A DNA stretch of 64,000 bases. Origin: the human T2T-CHM13v2.0 reference genome, Homo sapiens. This document shows positions 54,569 through 64,000 of this stretch, one piece after another. The notes beneath the pieces are model-generated. The model was not told the origin of the DNA. It ran no database searches and worked only from the letters and a program-made list of their open reading frames with translations. The DNA lies in NCBI RefSeq assembly GCF_009914755.1, contig NC_060936.1. One strand, written 5' to 3'. A program made the position numbers and the translations under genes. The stretch's first letter is position 1. Each line of letters starts with the position of its first letter.

Positions 54569-54815
54569 CCAACCTGTCATTATCTAAGGAGCTCAGTTAT
54601 GAAGTAAAGTTATCTACTTTGTATTATTAGTGTTTAGTATTTTTTTTTCCATTTCTCTCTCAGACTGTTCTAATGGAACCTCCTGTAGACACCCAGAGTT
54701 TGGAATTTCTAAAATGACATTTTAAACATTGTGACAGATCAGTGGGATAGATATTTTGCTAAGCCAAGGTACTTCCTTTCCAAGGATAAGCTATGGGAGG
54801 TGATGACAGCAGAAT

Positions 54816-54880
54816 ACACACACACACACACACACACAATACACGCAGACACACATATATATACTCATATGCACATATAT
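54816..54880. repeat. (CA)n/(TA)n microsatellite
   Basis: Direct reading. Confidence 0.85.
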
Positions 54881-55938
54881 AATTAGAACTCATTTAGCTA
54901 TAATAACAATTTGTCCATCTAGTTATTTGCAATCCTTTCAGGATTTTTAAAATTTCTATCTCATTTGTAGAGTTTGGAAAATAGTATCTGTCCTATCTTC
55001 TTCACAATAATGTTTTAAGGACCAAATGAGGTTTTGTCCATGGAACCTGCCTAAACTGTAAGGAGAAAAGTCAGTGTGTTTATCATTATTTCTCTCTTAG
55101 GTTTACTATTACCCTGTAAAGTTCTTTGAAGTCAGAAACAGACTTTTGTTCATATTTACAACCCCTATAGCAATTAATACAGAACCTCACTCAGGATAGA
55201 TAAGCAGTATTCCCTTAAATCAAGTTTTACTTCTGTACTAAAGTAATAGTCAATTCAAGGACAAGTGCTATAAAGGTTAAAATTAATTCTATTACTCTGA
55301 GAAACATGGCAATACTATTTTAGTCTTCCTCTCTCATAGTAGGGAGGGAAAGGATCTGGAAAGGCAGAGGGAAAGAGGGGGAGAAAAGAAAAGGCACTAC
55401 AGGTGGAAATTTCAACTCTTAAAGTTTTAGTAAACCATGCCAAAAAGATACTAGTAACTTTTCATGAGGAAGAGATTATTGGGGTACCCAAGTTTTGTTT
55501 TTATACTCTATACATGTTTTTAAACCCATTTCTTTTTTTAAAAAAAAAATAATAGAATGAGGAAAGTGTAGATGGATAACTGTAGCTATTTGTATAATTA
55601 TTTACATCTTGCCAAACCATTTGGAAATTGAAATCCTGCAGTGTCGCTCCTGGGTTGTAAAAGATAAGAAAAGTAAATAGAAGGCCCCCTTAATACAACG
55701 TGATATTGCATCATTTAAAAGAAACCACAAACTGTCTATTCAGGATGTATGCATACAATAAAAAGAGCTAACAATTCTTCATGTGTAAGAGCTAGGATGA
55801 TCAACCTGCTTTTCTCTGCCATCTTAAGGTTGCTTCTTTTTAGGCCAAGGTACCTCGTGGTAGCAATCATTGATTTAGTCATCTGTAAATAGTGTTTGTA
55901 AGCCTCTTTTCCTTAGCTAACCAGTGATTAACTCCTAG

Positions 55939-58855
<2,917 letters not shown>

Positions 58856-59539
58856 ACAGGCAGGTGATTTAAATGAGTGAATCAGTCTGGGTGTGACTGT
58901 GTATACATTGTTAAGTAGTAATGCCCTGAAAAAGCTCATGTAAATGAATTCATTGATATCAAACTTACTACTTGTCAAATATTTGCTCAAATTTTTTTTT
59001 TCCATCACTCTATGGGTCAAACAAAACACATCTGTGGGATGGATTTTGTGCATTCATCCCTGGCTTGTGAACTGTGGATTAAAGGACCAAAGAGCCACAG
59101 CTTCTGCCTTGGGAACAGTGGGAAAGACACAGTAATTTTAGCACAGTGCGGAAAATGTTATGAGAGTGATATGTGTGTTTAAATTCTATGATCCATCATT
59201 ACAATGACTCTCACACATACATCAACTCCCTTGTGCCTTTCTCTTGACAAACATCTATACTCTTTAAATTCAACTCTCCCACCTGCTCTACAGCTCCATC
59301 CAAGCAGGCTGATGAGGCTAGAAAAAAACAACCATGATGTGATGACTGACCCCACTTTACGTGAACCCATCATGCTGCCTGGAAATCTTCCTGTATACCT
59401 CTAGTTTATGTATTCTTCCATTTTCTTAGATGACTATTTCATACTTTCAAGTCGTTCACCAACATTTTAACAGTTTTTCTCTCAGCCTCACGCTCAGGTG
59501 ATAGCCTTTCTTCATTTTGAAAATTGAAGCAAGAGGGTG

Positions 59540-61180
<1,641 letters not shown>

Positions 61181-61189
61181 CCCACTTAA

Positions 61190-61932
<743 letters not shown>

Positions 61933-62194
61933 TATATGTAACAAAAAGATATTGGTATTTCCACCCAAATTTGTTCCTCCTAGAGTCTTCCCCATTTCAG
62001 TAAATGGCACCTCCACCCTCAGGCCAAAATCCCAGCTTTTCCTTTTCACACACTTTATATTCAACTGGTCAGCAAATCCTGTTAGCTTTACTTTCAGAAT
62101 ACATCCAAAACTCAATTACTTCTCATCACTTCCATCTTGGTCCAAGGCACCGTACCTCTTATGTGGATTACTGTGATAACTTAAGAAGTTATAG

Positions 62195-62656
62195 TGTAGC
62201 AGGACAAGCCACAGGCAAAACCCCTCAGACACCAAGTTAAAGAAGGAAGGGCTTTATTCAGCTGGGAGCTTTGGCAAGACTCACATCTCCAACAACTGAG
62301 CTCCCCAAGGGAGCAATTCCTGTTCCTTTTAAGGGTTCACAACACTAAGGGGGTCCGCATGAGAGGGTCGTGATCATTGAGCAAGCAGGGGGTACGTGAC
62401 TGGGGGCTGCATGCACTGGTAATCAGATCGGAATAGAACAGGACAGGGATTTTCACAGTGCGTTTCTATACAATGTCTGGAATCTATAGATAACATAACT
62501 GATTAGGTCAGGTTTCGATCTCTAACTACCAGGCCCAGGGCGTGGCGCCGGGCTGTCTGCCTGTGGATTTCATTTCTGCCTTTTAGTTTTTATTTCTTCC
62601 TTCTTTGGAGGCAGAAATTGGGCATAAGACAATATGAGGGGTGGTCTCCTCCCTTA
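62195..62656 (-). mobile_element. LTR2 solo LTR (HERV-E/Harlequin), full length
   Basis: The minus strand reads TAAGGGAGGAGACCACCCCTCATATTGTCTTATGCCCAATTTCTGCCTCC...AATAAAGCCCTTCC...GTCCTGCTACA, matching LTR2 as I recall it; 462 bp. Confidence 0.85.
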
Positions 62657-62660
62657 ATAT

Positions 62661-62694
62661 TAGTAGTAGTAGTAGTAGTAGTAGCAGCAGCAGT
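62661..62694. repeat. (TAG)n(CAG)n trinucleotide tract
   Basis: tagtagtagtagtagtagtagtagcagcagcag. Confidence 0.85.
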
Positions 62695-63002
62695 ACCTCA
62701 GCCCTCCCAAGTAGCTGGGACTATAGGTGCATGCCACTGTGCCTGGCTAATTTTTTTTTTTTTGGCAGGAAGTTATCACAGTAATCCAGATACGAGGTAT
62801 GGTGATGTTCCATGATCATCAGAGGTACTGTGATGTTCTCCCTCTCTTGGCCTTAGACACCATCTATCAACATTCTGTTTTCAACACAGTAGGCATTTTC
62901 ATGTCACTCCTCCCCTTGAAATCCTCCAAAGGCTTTTTGTCTCAAAGCCTTTACAGTGGCCTACAAGGGCTCACATGACTTGGCACTGCTGTATTTCCTA
63001 TT

Positions 63003-64000
<998 letters not shown>

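Overview
Eukaryotic DNA, recognisably human (dense primate Alu repeats; the METAP2-USP44 gene pair on chr12q22 is from established knowledge). The + strand carries the last four coding exons and 3' UTR of METAP2 (methionine aminopeptidase 2). The - strand carries the whole USP44 gene, convergent with METAP2: five coding exons that splice to 2139 nt (712 aa), a CpG-island first exon ending at 49820 and a candidate distal first exon ending at 52321. The rest is mostly repeats: roughly 60 Alu copies or fragments, old L1/L2/MIR pieces, several solo LTRs (THE1/MST, MER21, MLT1, HERV-E LTR2), a Tigger4/Zombi transposon and microsatellites. There is no CRISPR array or prokaryotic system, and most ORFs in the supplied track are Alu or GC-content artefacts. 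I found no clearly new biological system. The best leads are regulatory and untested: (1) a spliced 32-codon strong-Kozak uORF from the CpG-island exon that overlaps the annotated USP44 start and stops 2 nt before Met4; (2) a candidate bidirectional OCT/SOX/KLF promoter with two outward-facing splice donors; (3) a perfect 21-bp hairpin at 60882-60952; (4) a shared convergent termination zone; (5) a co-oriented HERV-E LTR upstream of USP44; (6) an unidentified decayed coding-like segment in USP44 intron 3. All coordinates were read by hand, and repeat subfamily calls are approximate.
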